A stretch of DNA of 38,838 nucleotides from a virus. Its lineage: Duplodnaviria > Heunggongvirae > Uroviricota > Caudoviricetes. A program made the translations under genes and the position numbers. This document shows positions 1 to 9,506 of this stretch, in pieces. How positions within the stretch are numbered: position 1 is the first letter of the stretch; every line of letters starts with the position of its first letter. The notes under the pieces were generated by a model, which saw only the letters and a program-made list of their open reading frames with translations, had not been told where the DNA came from and made no database searches. Location: the IMG/VR virus record IMGVR_UViG_2531839130_000015; one strand, given 5' to 3'.

Positions 1-1362
1 ATGTTTAAACCGGAACTCCTTTCCCCGGCGGGAACGCTGAAAAATATGCGTTACGCTTTCGCTTATGGCGCAGATGCTGTTTATGCGGGCCAGCCGCGTT
101 ATTCCCTGCGTGTGCGCAACAACGAATTCAACCACGAAAATCTTCAGCTCGGCATCAATGAAGCCCACGCGCTGGGGAAAAAGTTTTATGTCGTGGTCAA
201 CATTGCACCGCACAACGCCAAGCTGAAAACCTTTATCCGTGACCTGAAACCGGTGGTGGAAATGGGGCCGGATGCGCTGATTATGTCCGATCCAGGGCTG
301 ATTATGCTGGTGCGTGAGCACTTCCCTGAAATGCCGATCCACCTTTCGGTGCAGGCTAACGCCGTGAACTGGGCGACGGTGAAATTCTGGCAGCAAATGG
401 GCCTGACCCGCGTGATCCTCTCTCGCGAGCTGTCGCTGGAAGAGATTGAAGAGATCCGCAATCAGGTGCCGGATATGGAGATCGAGATCTTCGTTCACGG
501 CGCGCTGTGCATGGCCTACTCCGGTCGCTGCCTGCTCTCTGGCTATATCAACAAGCGCGACCCGAACCAGGGCACCTGCACCAACGCCTGCCGCTGGGAG
601 TACAACGTCCAGGAAGGGAAAGAAGATGATGTTGGCAACATCGTACACAAGTACGAGCCGATTCCGGTGCAAAATGTTGAGCCGACGCTGGGTATCGGCG
701 CACCAACCGACAAAGTGTTTATGATCGAAGAGGCCCAGCGTCCGGGCGAGTATATGACCGCGTTTGAAGATGAGCACGGCACTTACATCATGAACTCGAA
801 AGATCTGCGCGCCATCGCCCATGTAGAACGCCTGACCAAAATGGGCGTGCATTCGCTGAAAATCGAAGGTCGTACCAAATCTTTCTACTATTGTGCACGC
901 ACCGCACAGGTTTACCGCAAAGCTATCGATGACGCCGCTGCGGGAAAACCGTTCGATACCAGCCTGCTGGAAACTCTGGAAGGTCTGGCGCATCGTGGCT
1001 ATACTGAAGGTTTCCTGCGTCGTCATACTCACGACGATTATCAGAACTACGAATACGGTTATTCAGTTTCTGACCGCCAGCAGTTTGTTGGTGAGTTTAC
1101 CGGTGAGCGCAAGGGGGACCTCGCGGCGGTAGCGGTGAAAAATAAATTCTCCGTTGGCGACAGCCTTGAGCTGATGACGCCGCAAGGCAACATTAATTTT
1201 ACCCTTGAGCACATGGAAAACGCCAAAGGCGAAGCTATGCCGATAGCACCAGGCGATGGTTATACTGTGTGGCTCCCGGTCCCGCAGGATCTTGAGCTCA
1301 ATTACGCGCTGCTGATGCGTAATTTCTCCGGGGAAACCACGCGTAATCCCCACGGTAAGTGA
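1..1362 (+). CDS. yegQ: Peptidase U32-family protein YegQ (RlhA, 23S rRNA hydroxycytidine synthase), 453 aa, host gene
   Basis: Full-length ORF starting MFKPELLSPAGTLKNMRYAFAYGADAVYAGQPRYSL, recalled as E. coli YegQ; typical enterobacterial GC-rich codon usage. Confidence 0.85.
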   Translation: MFKPELLSPAGTLKNMRYAFAYGADAVYAGQPRYSLRVRNNEFNHENLQLGINEAHALGKKFYVVVNIAPHNAKLKTFIRDLKPVVEMGPDALIMSDPGLIMLVREHFPEMPIHLSVQANAVNWATVKFWQQMGLTRVILSRELSLEEIEEIRNQVPDMEIEIFVHGALCMAYSGRCLLSGYINKRDPNQGTCTNACRWEYNVQEGKEDDVGNIVHKYEPIPVQNVEPTLGIGAPTDKVFMIEEAQRPGEYMTAFEDEHGTYIMNSKDLRAIAHVERLTKMGVHSLKIEGRTKSFYYCARTAQVYRKAIDDAAAGKPFDTSLLETLEGLAHRGYTEGFLRRHTHDDYQNYEYGYSVSDRQQFVGEFTGERKGDLAAVAVKNKFSVGDSLELMTPQGNINFTLEHMENAKGEAMPIAPGDGYTVWLPVPQDLELNYALLMRNFSGETTRNPHGK

Positions 1363-1446
1363 TTAATTTCGATTATTTTTCCCGGATGGAAAATTCTTAG
1401 AAACCGATCACATACAGCTGTATTTATTAAGGTTATCATCCGTTTC

Positions 1447-1532
1447 GCTGAAAAACATAACCCATAAAATGCTAGCTGTACCAGGAACCACCTCCTTAGC
1501 CTGTGTAATCTCCCTTACACGGGCTTATTTTT
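1447..1532 (+). ncRNA. cyaR: CyaR (RyeE) sRNA; 3' terminator hairpin overlaps the prophage att core
   Basis: Sequence gctgaaaaacataacccataaaatgctagctgtaccaggaaccacctccttagcctgtgtaatctcccttacacgggcttatttttt matches my recollection of cyaR; position directly downstream of yegQ as in E. coli K-12; ends in a stem (gcctgtgtaa/ttacacgggc) plus T-run. Ends approximate. Confidence 0.7.
1504..1530. other. Prophage attachment site core, cyaR-proximal copy
   Basis: About 27-bp sequence aatctcccttacacgggcttatttttta repeated exactly at about 38337..38363; matches the recalled P2 att core; lies between host cyaR and phage ogr. Confidence 0.8.
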
Positions 1533-1635
1533 TACGTACAACAAATTGAAATAAAAGGATTTATTTCTGGTCACGTCCACACATTGACCACATCGACAAA
1601 AAAAGCCCCTCGACTGAGGGGCTTCCTGTTTCTAA

Positions 1636-1854
1636 TTACATCCACATAATTTGCTGCCCTGACGGCAACGGGTGCGGCCTTACGGCGTGGACTTCTCCCG
1701 GCTTCACGATGTATCGCTGTACCGACTCATAAGTGATGAACGTGGCGCTGCAATTCACGTTCTGACACTGGTGATAACGCTCTTTTGTCGTGTCAGTGAT
1801 ATAGCGGCTTGTACGCGCATGTGCGGCATGCTGGCATAAAGGACAATGAAACAT
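1636..1854 (-). CDS. ogr: Ogr, zinc-finger late-gene transcription activator (72 aa); track ORF is N-terminally over-extended
   Basis: MFHCPLCQHAAHARTSRYITDTTKERYHQCQNVNCSATF matches recalled P2 Ogr; start placed at the internal Met (MFHCPLC). Confidence 0.9.
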   Translation of the reverse strand: MFHCPLCQHAAHARTSRYITDTTKERYHQCQNVNCSATFITYESVQRYIVKPGEVHAVRPHPLPSGQQIMWM

Positions 1855-1935
1855 CGCGAGCACCTCTTCCGGTTTTGTTGATGGTGCCATTTTAGTTAAC
1901 TTATCCTTATAAAACAAACAGATAAAATAAAAACA

Positions 1936-3099
1936 TCACTCATCATCTTCTGTTTCGTACTCCACATCAGAAAGCCTGACCTCAAGCTCTAAGGACGTCG
2001 TGAAGCCGGAATTATTCAGAAAGTGTGTCACCTTAGTGATTGTCCAGTCCTGCTCGTCTATGACGCGCTTAAAGCCTGACACTTTGACCGGTGTTTCCGT
2101 GTAAATATCTGCCCGACCGGTAGCCAGGCTGATGGAGAACTCCGCAACGCCCCGTTGCAGTTTATCCCACTTCGCCTGAGCGGCGCGCATGGCCTGCGCT
2201 TTCGTGGCATATACCGTAGTCAGGGCAAAAACGTTGTCAGCCTCACCGGCCATGTATTCACCTTCGCGCGCTTCCGGTACTTTTGGCGCTTTCTTCTGCG
2301 TGACCGGTTTCGCTTTCGGGTGCTCCAGTGCGCGCAGGTGTTTTTCTTTCTTTTTGCGTTTCAGTTTTACCTTCTGCTTTTGTGGTTTCGGGTCTTTGGT
2401 GTGTAACCACTTTGCCGTTACGCCGGTATAGGCTCCACGGTCAGCAATCGCAAAATGATGGCGGTCGCCGTCGTTGCGGGTGATGGTGACCTGCGGGATT
2501 TTTTTACCGCTGGCCGTCACCCCCTGCCCCGCTTTGAGAAACAACAGTTTTCCCATTTTTACCGACACCTCACCGCCGTTGCGTTCTGCAAGACGGGTCA
2601 GGAATTTCGCATCAGACTCCTGCGACTGGTCGATGTGCGGGATTTTAATTCCGGCCAGTGACGGAGCGACACTGGCTTCCAGCCTGTTACGGGAGGCTAT
2701 CGCCTCAACAATCGCACCGAGCGTGGTGTCATGCCAGGAGCCTTCCCGGCGGGAATTGAGCGTCCCGCGGAAATCTGCACTCCGGGCGCGGATGGTGACC
2801 ACATCCGGTGCGCCCCGGTGTTCAACCTCATCAACGGTAAATTTCCCTTTGCATACCAGGGCAAAACCTTTCCAGCCGATATACACCGTCAGGACAGCGC
2901 CACGAACCGGCAGCCCGACCTGCCCGTCGGCATCGTTCAGTTCAATATCAAGCTGGTCAGCCTCAAAGCCCCGGTTATCCGTCAGGGTCATGCTCATCAG
3001 ACGGTCACTGATATTGCCGGTAATATCCCTGCTGTCGAGCATCAGCATGTAATCCGGCGTCAGCGTACTGCCTGCATCAAATGTCAGCGCATCCAGCAT
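1936..3099 (-). CDS. D: Tail protein D (387 aa)
   Basis: Length and sequence match recalled P2 gpD; position between ogr and U. Confidence 0.9.
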   Translation of the reverse strand: MLDALTFDAGSTLTPDYMLMLDSRDITGNISDRLMSMTLTDNRGFEADQLDIELNDADGQVGLPVRGAVLTVYIGWKGFALVCKGKFTVDEVEHRGAPDVVTIRARSADFRGTLNSRREGSWHDTTLGAIVEAIASRNRLEASVAPSLAGIKIPHIDQSQESDAKFLTRLAERNGGEVSVKMGKLLFLKAGQGVTASGKKIPQVTITRNDGDRHHFAIADRGAYTGVTAKWLHTKDPKPQKQKVKLKRKKKEKHLRALEHPKAKPVTQKKAPKVPEAREGEYMAGEADNVFALTTVYATKAQAMRAAQAKWDKLQRGVAEFSISLATGRADIYTETPVKVSGFKRVIDEQDWTITKVTHFLNNSGFTTSLELEVRLSDVEYETEDDE

Positions 3100-3578
3100 T
3101 ATCCCGCCCCCGTCATACCCGTGAATCTGGTCGCCATACTGCCAGCCTTACCGATGAGCGATTCCGCCTGTTTACCGATATCGCCATAAAGCGCGGCCAG
3201 TGATTCATCAACGCGGGTGAGCGACAGCGTAAAATCAATTTTCCGGGGTGTGCCGTCTGCAAAGAAAATACTCCCTGTTTCACTCACCCTGCTGATGACA
3301 TACATGCCGTAAATCATGCCGGTGCCATCCAGCAACGGCCACGCCCGGCCTTCCTCTGCCATCAGCCTGAGCGTGGTCATCGTCAGCTTCCCGCCGGTCA
3401 GTTCGGGATAAAGCACGCCGGCAAGCGTCATGTTTTCCTCACCCACACCGAGAAACTGAAAGGCATCCCGTTTACCGATACGGGAATTTGACGGCCAGCG
3501 ATAATCTGATTCGCGCTGCATGGTCTGGTGTGGCAGCGTCTGGCGCATAAAAACAAACATACCTAACGCGAGCATCAT
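3099..3578 (-). CDS. U: Tail protein U (159 aa)
   Basis: Size and synteny with P2 gpU; start overlaps D stop. Confidence 0.85.
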   Translation of the reverse strand: MMLALGMFVFMRQTLPHQTMQRESDYRWPSNSRIGKRDAFQFLGVGEENMTLAGVLYPELTGGKLTMTTLRLMAEEGRAWPLLDGTGMIYGMYVISRVSETGSIFFADGTPRKIDFTLSLTRVDESLAALYGDIGKQAESLIGKAGSMATRFTGMTGAG

Positions 3579-3592
3579 TTTTCGTCACCTCC

Positions 3593-6040
3593 TTAACCGT
3601 CATGCATCATGCTGGCACGGGCGCGCGCACGTTTATCCCGCTCGTATTTTTCGAGCGCATCCTGTAACTGGCGGTCGAGCTGAGTCCCCGGCGCAGTACC
3701 GCCCGTCAGACTGATGTGATATTCGTTTTTACTCTGGTCCACATAAGAGCGGCCAGCCGGTGCCGTAACCGGCTGATAAGCCTGATAGCCTGCATAAGAG
3801 CTGGTCGCCGGAATATAACCACCGGTGCCATACGTGGCGGCATGAGTCCTTGCGGCGGTCTGGTCAAGTGTGTCTGACTCTTTGTTGATAACACCGAGTT
3901 TTTCCAGTACCCAGTCAATACCACTGCGCAGTTTGTTGAACGCATTAAGCGGCAGCATCAGCACGTCAGCCAGTGCTTGCCCGAACATGACGCCCGTGTC
4001 ACGGCAACGGTTCAGGGTGTCCTGGGTGGCTTTAACCGGGGCAATCAGGTTTTTAAACCACTGCCACGCGGCCTGTAACTTTTCGCCCAGCCAGTCAAAC
4101 ACCGGTTTAAGTGGCGTGAACAGTTCCCCCACCGGCGCAAATGCTGCTTTCAGCCCTTCAACCACACCGCCAAAGAATGCGCTGACAGGCTCCCAGTATT
4201 TACGGATAAGCAACGCCCCGGCGACAATTGCAGCCACCACGGCCACAACCGGCCAGCTAATCGCCCCGATGGCCGTCATAACAGCACTGCCAACCGTCGT
4301 GAAGATTGCCCCCATTGCGCCTGCTGCCGCGATGATGGCATTGATGCCGGTGATAACCGGCCAGGCTACGAGGCCAATTGCACCGATGATGCCAGTCAGC
4401 GCCAGTGCGCCACCGGCAATGATGCCGATGGTTGACGCCAGTGATTTGTTTTTCTGTATCCAGCCGTCGAGTTTTAACACATACTTTGTGGCCGTCTGCG
4501 TGAGCTTACGCAGTGCGCCTTCCTGCTGGTCAAACAGGTCAGTCCCCACTGCCTCATAAGCGGACTGAAACTCTTTAAAGTCACCGCCTAGGTTGTCCTG
4601 CATGATATTTACCAGCTCGGCAGTCTTCCCGTCTGAGGCTTTAAACGCAGCGGTCAGTTTGTCCAGCTTTCCGGTTGAGGCGGCAGTCATCAGCACGGCG
4701 GCGGCTGAGCTGGCCTCCTCCCCGAAAATAGTTTTCATGTATTCAGCCTGCTGGGCAGTACCGAGCCGGTTTTTCTCAAAACTGGCCTGCATTTCTTTCA
4801 GAATGGTAAATATTGGCCGGGTGTTTCCCTTGCTGTCTGAGGTTTTCACTCCAAGCTCTTTGAGTGCATCCCATGCTTTTCCCGTCGGTGCCTGCAGGCG
4901 GCTTAACACGGCACGGCTTCCCGTCCCTGCCATTGAGCCTGTGATTTTTGCATCATGCAGCGCCCCGACCATTGCGGCGGTTTCTTCAATGCTGACACCG
5001 GCATTTTTTGCCACAGGTGCGGCATAGGTCAGCGCATCGCTCATGCCGTCAAAATCGGCGGCGGTTTTGTTCATCGTCATGGAGAGAACATCCCCGATAT
5101 GAGCGACCTTATCGTTTGAAAGCTGAAAGGCGGATTTCATCCCCATCAGCAGGGCGGCGTTTTCTTCCATCGTGCGGCGGTTCGCCAGCGCCATATTCAG
5201 CGTGACCGGCGTTGCCGCCTGAATGGCATCAACATCCCCACCCGCTTTCGCGATGATTATCTGTGCACCGGCCGCATCATCCGCCGAGGCGGCAGTATTG
5301 TCACCGAGCTGGCGCGCCTGCTTGCGGAGTGCGGCCATTTCGGCGGAGTCTTTTGCCACACCTAGCACGGCCTGCAATTCTGAGTTTTTCTGCGCAAACT
5401 CATAACCGGGCATCAGTAGCTTAACACCGGCCATCGTTCCCGCCGCCGCAATCCCCACACCGGCAGCGCCCACCGAGGCCATATTTCCGGCCAGTTCCTT
5501 TCCGGCCTGATAACGCTGTTTGACTGCGTTAAGTTTTGCCTGTTGCGCACTGACACGCGCCAGCGCGTCACGCTGACGGTTAAGCTGTACGGTGGTTTCA
5601 CTGATACGATTTTTCAGTCCCTGCTCATCATGTGCAAGATTGCGGGTATTAATTCCCACAGCGGCCAGTTCCCGCTGCTGGCGTTTAACGGAATCTGTCA
5701 GGCGGTTATATTTCGCCTGTAAGTCCTCCGCCGCACGCTTTGCGGATTCCAGGACTTTCGCCTGAGCACGGGTCGGACGTTCGGTGTTTTTAAACTGTGT
5801 GGCAAGGGCTTCAGCTTCCTGCCGTGCCTTTTCAAGTGCATGACCAGTCACGGCAAGCTGTGCACTGGTCTTGCGAAATCCCTCAATACGGGATGCGTGA
5901 CCGTTCAGCTCGCGCAGTGATTTTTGTGTTTCCCGGATATCCCCCGACAGCGACTTACTCGCTGTGCGGATGGATTTAAACGGGCGGGATGCCTGGTCAA
6001 CAGCCCTGAGCAATACCTGTAATTTTACATTGTTACTCAT
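3593..6040 (-). CDS. T: Tail tape measure protein T (815 aa)
   Basis: Long Ala/Gly-rich coiled-coil protein with central hydrophobic block, size and position as P2 gpT. Confidence 0.9.
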   Translation of the reverse strand: MSNNVKLQVLLRAVDQASRPFKSIRTASKSLSGDIRETQKSLRELNGHASRIEGFRKTSAQLAVTGHALEKARQEAEALATQFKNTERPTRAQAKVLESAKRAAEDLQAKYNRLTDSVKRQQRELAAVGINTRNLAHDEQGLKNRISETTVQLNRQRDALARVSAQQAKLNAVKQRYQAGKELAGNMASVGAAGVGIAAAGTMAGVKLLMPGYEFAQKNSELQAVLGVAKDSAEMAALRKQARQLGDNTAASADDAAGAQIIIAKAGGDVDAIQAATPVTLNMALANRRTMEENAALLMGMKSAFQLSNDKVAHIGDVLSMTMNKTAADFDGMSDALTYAAPVAKNAGVSIEETAAMVGALHDAKITGSMAGTGSRAVLSRLQAPTGKAWDALKELGVKTSDSKGNTRPIFTILKEMQASFEKNRLGTAQQAEYMKTIFGEEASSAAAVLMTAASTGKLDKLTAAFKASDGKTAELVNIMQDNLGGDFKEFQSAYEAVGTDLFDQQEGALRKLTQTATKYVLKLDGWIQKNKSLASTIGIIAGGALALTGIIGAIGLVAWPVITGINAIIAAAGAMGAIFTTVGSAVMTAIGAISWPVVAVVAAIVAGALLIRKYWEPVSAFFGGVVEGLKAAFAPVGELFTPLKPVFDWLGEKLQAAWQWFKNLIAPVKATQDTLNRCRDTGVMFGQALADVLMLPLNAFNKLRSGIDWVLEKLGVINKESDTLDQTAARTHAATYGTGGYIPATSSYAGYQAYQPVTAPAGRSYVDQSKNEYHISLTGGTAPGTQLDRQLQDALEKYERDKRARARASMMHDG

Positions 6041-6460
6041 TCGTGTTTCCGCTTCGCCGGAGCGCCTTTTCGCGCCATGTGATGAGTTCGGTCAGGCTCA
6101 TGGGATACAGTTCTGATGGCGGCCAGTGAAATATCACTGCCACATCCGCCATCAGGTCATCGACCGAGAGATTTTTCGGAAACGTCACTGCACCGAGTTC
6201 GGCGACAAAAAACCGACCACCTTACCGGCCAGCGCCACAAGGTCAGGCAGTTCCAGCGCGGCGACTTCCTGCTCGGTCAGCATCGGTGCCGTCATGCGCG
6301 GCAGCACCTTAATCAGTGCATCGACTTCGGAGTTTGCAACCGCAGCCAGACTGACACCGCGCAGCGTCCCGGCATTGGGTTTTATCAGCGTGACCTGTTC
6401 GATAACCTGCTCACCACGTTTGACCGGATTGTCCAGGGTAATGACATTTTCTTTGTTCAT
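6033..6460 (-). CDS. E+E': E+E' fusion made by programmed -1 translational frameshift at the slippery run GGTTTTTTG (minus strand, about 6203..6211)
   Basis: Codons GGT TTT TTG (G-F-L) near the 3' end of E form a T-run slippery site; the hand-translated -1 frame continues about 57 codons (VAELGAVTFPKNLSVDDLMADVAVIFHWPPSELYPMSLTELITWREKALRRSGNTNE) to a TAA just inside the start of T, giving about 142-145 aa as for P2 E+E'. Confidence 0.7.
6185..6460 (-). CDS. E: Tail assembly chaperone E (91 aa)
   Basis: MNKENVITLDNPVKRGEQVIEQVTLIKPNAGTLRG matches recalled P2 gpE. Confidence 0.9.
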   Translation of the reverse strand: MNKENVITLDNPVKRGEQVIEQVTLIKPNAGTLRGVSLAAVANSEVDALIKVLPRMTAPMLTEQEVAALELPDLVALAGKVVGFLSPNSVQ

Positions 6461-6516
6461 GGTTTTCTCACTTCTGAATCAGGGTTAACCGGTCAGCCTG
6501 GCTGACCGGATGAAAA

Positions 6517-7035
6517 TCACAGGCCGATATTTCGGCGGTGTTGCTCCAGCCGGTCGACGCCGTTCACCTTCTCAATCATGTTAATGGTGTCGATTTCGAC
6601 CAGCTCCTTACCGTCCATCGTCAGCCGGAAATAGGTGCAGACCACGGAGATTTTCGACTCAGTGTCTTCTCCCTGTTTCCCCTCGCCGGTGTCGATTTCT
6701 TTCTGACGTCCACGCATGACCACCTCGACGGCCACCGTTTCGCCGGTATCGTCGCGCTGGTAAGAGCCAGCAAAACGAATCGGTACGGCATCCACACCGG
6801 TTGCGGCGTAAAGCTCCCAGATAACCGAATCCGGGAAGCCACCGAGCGACCACTCCATTGACAGCGCATCGTCATCAAGGCCGAGGTCTACCGGTGCGCT
6901 GCCGTTCATCCCCGCACCGCGATAGTTTTCGAGTTTACGGGTCAGTTTTGGTAGCGTGACGGACTTTGCAACGCCCTGATAGCTGTAGCCGTTCAGAAAG
7001 ACGTTCATTAACTTGAGTTTGCGCGGCATTGCCAT
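6517..7035 (-). CDS. FII: Tail tube protein FII (172 aa)
   Basis: Size and synteny with P2 gpFII. Confidence 0.9.
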   Translation of the reverse strand: MAMPRKLKLMNVFLNGYSYQGVAKSVTLPKLTRKLENYRGAGMNGSAPVDLGLDDDALSMEWSLGGFPDSVIWELYAATGVDAVPIRFAGSYQRDDTGETVAVEVVMRGRQKEIDTGEGKQGEDTESKISVVCTYFRLTMDGKELVEIDTINMIEKVNGVDRLEQHRRNIGL

Positions 7036-7047
7036 CGGTCAGGCTCC

Positions 7048-8238
7048 TTAATTGCTGTTAACCGAGGTGACCAGATTCGCCAGGTATTTATCGGTAATAC
7101 GCTGGCGCAGGGTCAGGTTTTCAAGAGGAGGCACCGGGGTATAGTCGTAGTCGATATACAGTTTTCCGGCCTTGAGGGTTTCCGCATCGTTGGATTCTTC
7201 GCTGAACCAGCATGAGCCATCCACGATATAGCCGTTTGTTTTCAGCTCACGGAATTTGGCATTGATGCCGTCAACGATGTCGCGAATCAGCGTTGCGGTG
7301 ATGGGCTTGTCCACCGCCCACATGTGCGCCTCAGCCATCGTGTCGGCCAGCACCTGCGCGGTGCGTGTGTAGTTTTCAAAGAGAAACAGCGGGTCATCAG
7401 AGCAGGTACGGTTACCCCAGAAGCGGAAACCGTCGCGGCGAATCAGCGTAGTGACGCCTGACTCGTTAAGCAGGTCAGCATCGGTGCCGGACTCCTGCAA
7501 ATCCCAGAATACAGAGGCGCTGATGCCGGTAACACCGTTCACCCCGACGTTGGACAGCGTTTTATGCCAGCCCTGCTCCTGGTCGATTTTAGCGCGCAGA
7601 CCCAGCGCACGGGCGGTGGCATACGCGGTGGCAGTGGTACTGGTGACCGTATCCCATGCGAGGAAATCCGGCCAGATGACCATCAGCTCACGCTGGCTGA
7701 AATTCTGGCGGTAGGCTTTCACCTCGGAAATGGTCTTACAGCCCCATGCGCTGATATATCCGAAAGCGCGCAGCTTCTGACAGACGGATGCCAGTGCAAC
7801 AGCCACCTCTTTGGTGTCCAGCCCCGGCACACCGAGAATACGCGGTTTAACACCGGTTACCGACTCCGCCGCCAGCAGGGCTTTCAGTCCGGTGTACTGA
7901 CCGTTTTCGTCGGTGGTTCCGATGATATTGGAAACAGTCTGCGCGAGTTTCGTTTCTTCGTCTTCGCCGGTGCCGTCTTCCACACGCACGACAACGGTGA
8001 CCGGTTTTGACTGGTCGGCGATGGCCTGCAACGATGCCGCCAGCGTGCCTTTTTTACCGGCCTTTGCAATTGCGCTCTGCACATTGGTAATCAGCACCGG
8101 TTTATTGAGGGGGAAGGTTTCCGCATCCGCATCGCTGGCTGTGCAGACCATGCCGACAATGGCGGTGGATACGGTGGAAATGACGCGGGTGCCGTCGTTA
8201 ATCTCCAGCACCTGCACGCCGTGATGATAGTCACTCAT
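7048..8238 (-). CDS. FI: Contractile tail sheath protein FI (396 aa)
   Basis: Size and synteny with P2 gpFI; MSDYHHGVQVLEINDGTRVIS start. Confidence 0.9.
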   Translation of the reverse strand: MSDYHHGVQVLEINDGTRVISTVSTAIVGMVCTASDADAETFPLNKPVLITNVQSAIAKAGKKGTLAASLQAIADQSKPVTVVVRVEDGTGEDEETKLAQTVSNIIGTTDENGQYTGLKALLAAESVTGVKPRILGVPGLDTKEVAVALASVCQKLRAFGYISAWGCKTISEVKAYRQNFSQRELMVIWPDFLAWDTVTSTTATAYATARALGLRAKIDQEQGWHKTLSNVGVNGVTGISASVFWDLQESGTDADLLNESGVTTLIRRDGFRFWGNRTCSDDPLFLFENYTRTAQVLADTMAEAHMWAVDKPITATLIRDIVDGINAKFRELKTNGYIVDGSCWFSEESNDAETLKAGKLYIDYDYTPVPPLENLTLRQRITDKYLANLVTSVNSN

Positions 8239-8327
8239 CCGTTTAACTCCGTGGTTAATGGGTGCAACTATTTTCTGTTGGGCAGAGCATGAGACGCTAT
8301 TTGACCTGGCTGGTCAGTGGATGAAAC

Positions 8328-8361
8328 AACAGATAAAGAAAAGGCGGGCAATTCGCCCGCC
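8328..8361 (-). terminator. Intrinsic terminator on the minus strand upstream of FI, separating the cargo locus from the FI operon
   Basis: Minus strand reads GGCGGGCGAATTGCCCGCC followed by TTTTCTTTAT; the late promoter for the FI operon should lie in the about 90 bp between this hairpin and the FI start (not resolved). Confidence 0.55.
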
Positions 8362-8661
8362 TGTCCTGATTTGTACTCACTCATTTTCCGCCTGACAATT
8401 TACATAGCCCAAATGCTATCAAATCTGACAGTCTGCTTTGAGCGAGAAACGGACGTTATAGATAGTGTGTTAAGGTTTTCTCTTTAATTGCAATGTCATA
8501 TCCTCAACGACCAAGTAGTGACATTTTTCGTTATTATATGGTATTGTGTTAGAATTAATTTATTGATGCGAAATCATTCAAAGCTTCATTGGTACTTATA
8601 TTTAACTTATAATCTTAATTAAAGAATTTCTTATTTTTAGATATTTTTATGCAAATACTTA

Positions 8662-9414
8662 ATGAAAGGAGGCATAAATTTGGATACTAACAGTCCATTA
8701 ATTGAAGTCGAGCAGAACACTTCAGACATATATATTCCGTTGCAAGCCTGGTTCGAGGGGAGAAAATTCCTTTCACACAGATTTTCGGGCCAAAACTGTA
8801 GTGATAATCCATCAAGTGATTGGGAGGCTTGGTTATCAATACAGGAATGCTGTCCTCTCCATCAGGTCAATAGTCTTAACTGGGTCGGACTGCATGAAGC
8901 CAGGAAAAATACAGATTCATTCTTGGGGAATGTGAAGAGTGAATTTAATGGAAAGCTTCCCATTTTTATTCATGAAAAGGAGAGGGTGATAATCGAAAAA
9001 AAAATCGGCATTCCTCCCAAACCCTCATTACCAATCTATTTAATATCATGCTCTGATATGGATGATACCAATGAACACATTGTTTATGTCGGAAAAACCG
9101 TTAACTCCAAAAGGTTTATTGGCGGTCACTCGGCTGCCTTAAAGTTGCTAGATCCCAAATATAATAATATGAAAAAGAGGATATATAGAGCCACCCCATG
9201 GTTTTATGATGGAAAAGACTATATTTCACTGGATTGGATTAGTCCGACATCATTAGCTATAGAATTACTTGACTTTATAGAGTCTCATCTTATTTACAAT
9301 CTCAAGCCGGAACTCAACACATCGAAGAAAAAAAATGAAGATACACGTTATTCTTTTTATCTTCACATTCAGAACTTTTTATCAACAGGCTTTCTTAATG
9401 ATGAGTTTATTTAA
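8662..9414 (+). CDS. AT-rich cargo protein with a C-terminal GIY-YIG nuclease-like domain and an unknown N-terminal domain (about 244-250 aa)
   Basis: PIYLISCSDMDDTNEHIVYVGKTVNSKRFIGGH fits the GIY...YVG(K/S)(A/T)...R...H pattern of I-TevI/UvrC-type domains, with a downstream IESHLIYN...N segment consistent with the catalytic Glu/Asn. Strong AAGGAGG Shine-Dalgarno at about 8666..8672 suggests the real start may be TTG at about 8680 rather than ATG at 8662. Occupies the P2 Z/fun position. Confidence 0.6.
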   Translation: MKGGINLDTNSPLIEVEQNTSDIYIPLQAWFEGRKFLSHRFSGQNCSDNPSSDWEAWLSIQECCPLHQVNSLNWVGLHEARKNTDSFLGNVKSEFNGKLPIFIHEKERVIIEKKIGIPPKPSLPIYLISCSDMDDTNEHIVYVGKTVNSKRFIGGHSAALKLLDPKYNNMKKRIYRATPWFYDGKDYISLDWISPTSLAIELLDFIESHLIYNLKPELNTSKKKNEDTRYSFYLHIQNFLSTGFLNDEFI

Positions 9415-9440
9415 TATCATTACTTATTAACATAGTAGAG

Positions 9441-9464
9441 ATTAAACTACGTCCGCTCCTGGCA
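9441..9464. repeat. Palindromic hairpin GTCCGCT-N10-AGCGGAC, copy 1 of a three-member family
   Basis: Read directly from sequence: gtccgctcctggcaagcagcggac. Confidence 0.6.
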
Positions 9465-9484
9465 AGCAGCGGACATTGCTGGCT

Positions 9485-9506
9485 GAGTTGAGGGTCCGCT
9501 GTGAGC
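9485..9506. repeat. Palindromic hairpin TCCGCT-N10-AGCGGA, copy 2
   Basis: Read directly from sequence: tccgctgtgagcgaggagcgga, 20 nt after copy 1. Confidence 0.6.

Noticed and set aside
1447-1532. A tRNA gene as the integration target
   Set aside because: The sequence at the att site has no cloverleaf-compatible structure that I can see; it matches the cyaR sRNA and its terminator instead.
2474-3052. 192-aa plus-strand ORF inside gene D (and similar antisense ORFs at 3870..4559, 7564..8010, 23892..24542, 26880..27590, 28104..28553)
   Set aside because: They overlap well-supported P2 structural or terminase genes on the opposite strand; their products are low-complexity and Arg/Ser/Pro-rich, typical of spurious antisense frames in GC-rich coding DNA.
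8702-8935. 77-aa ORF nested in another frame of the GIY-YIG gene
   Set aside because: Entirely contained in the longer ORF, which has a strong Shine-Dalgarno site and recognisable motifs.
8662-9414. Interpreting KRFIGGH in the GIY-YIG protein as a HEPN R-x4-H motif
   Set aside because: The surrounding context (IY...YVGKT...R...H...E...N) fits the GIY-YIG layout much better; a single R-x4-H match is too common to call on its own.
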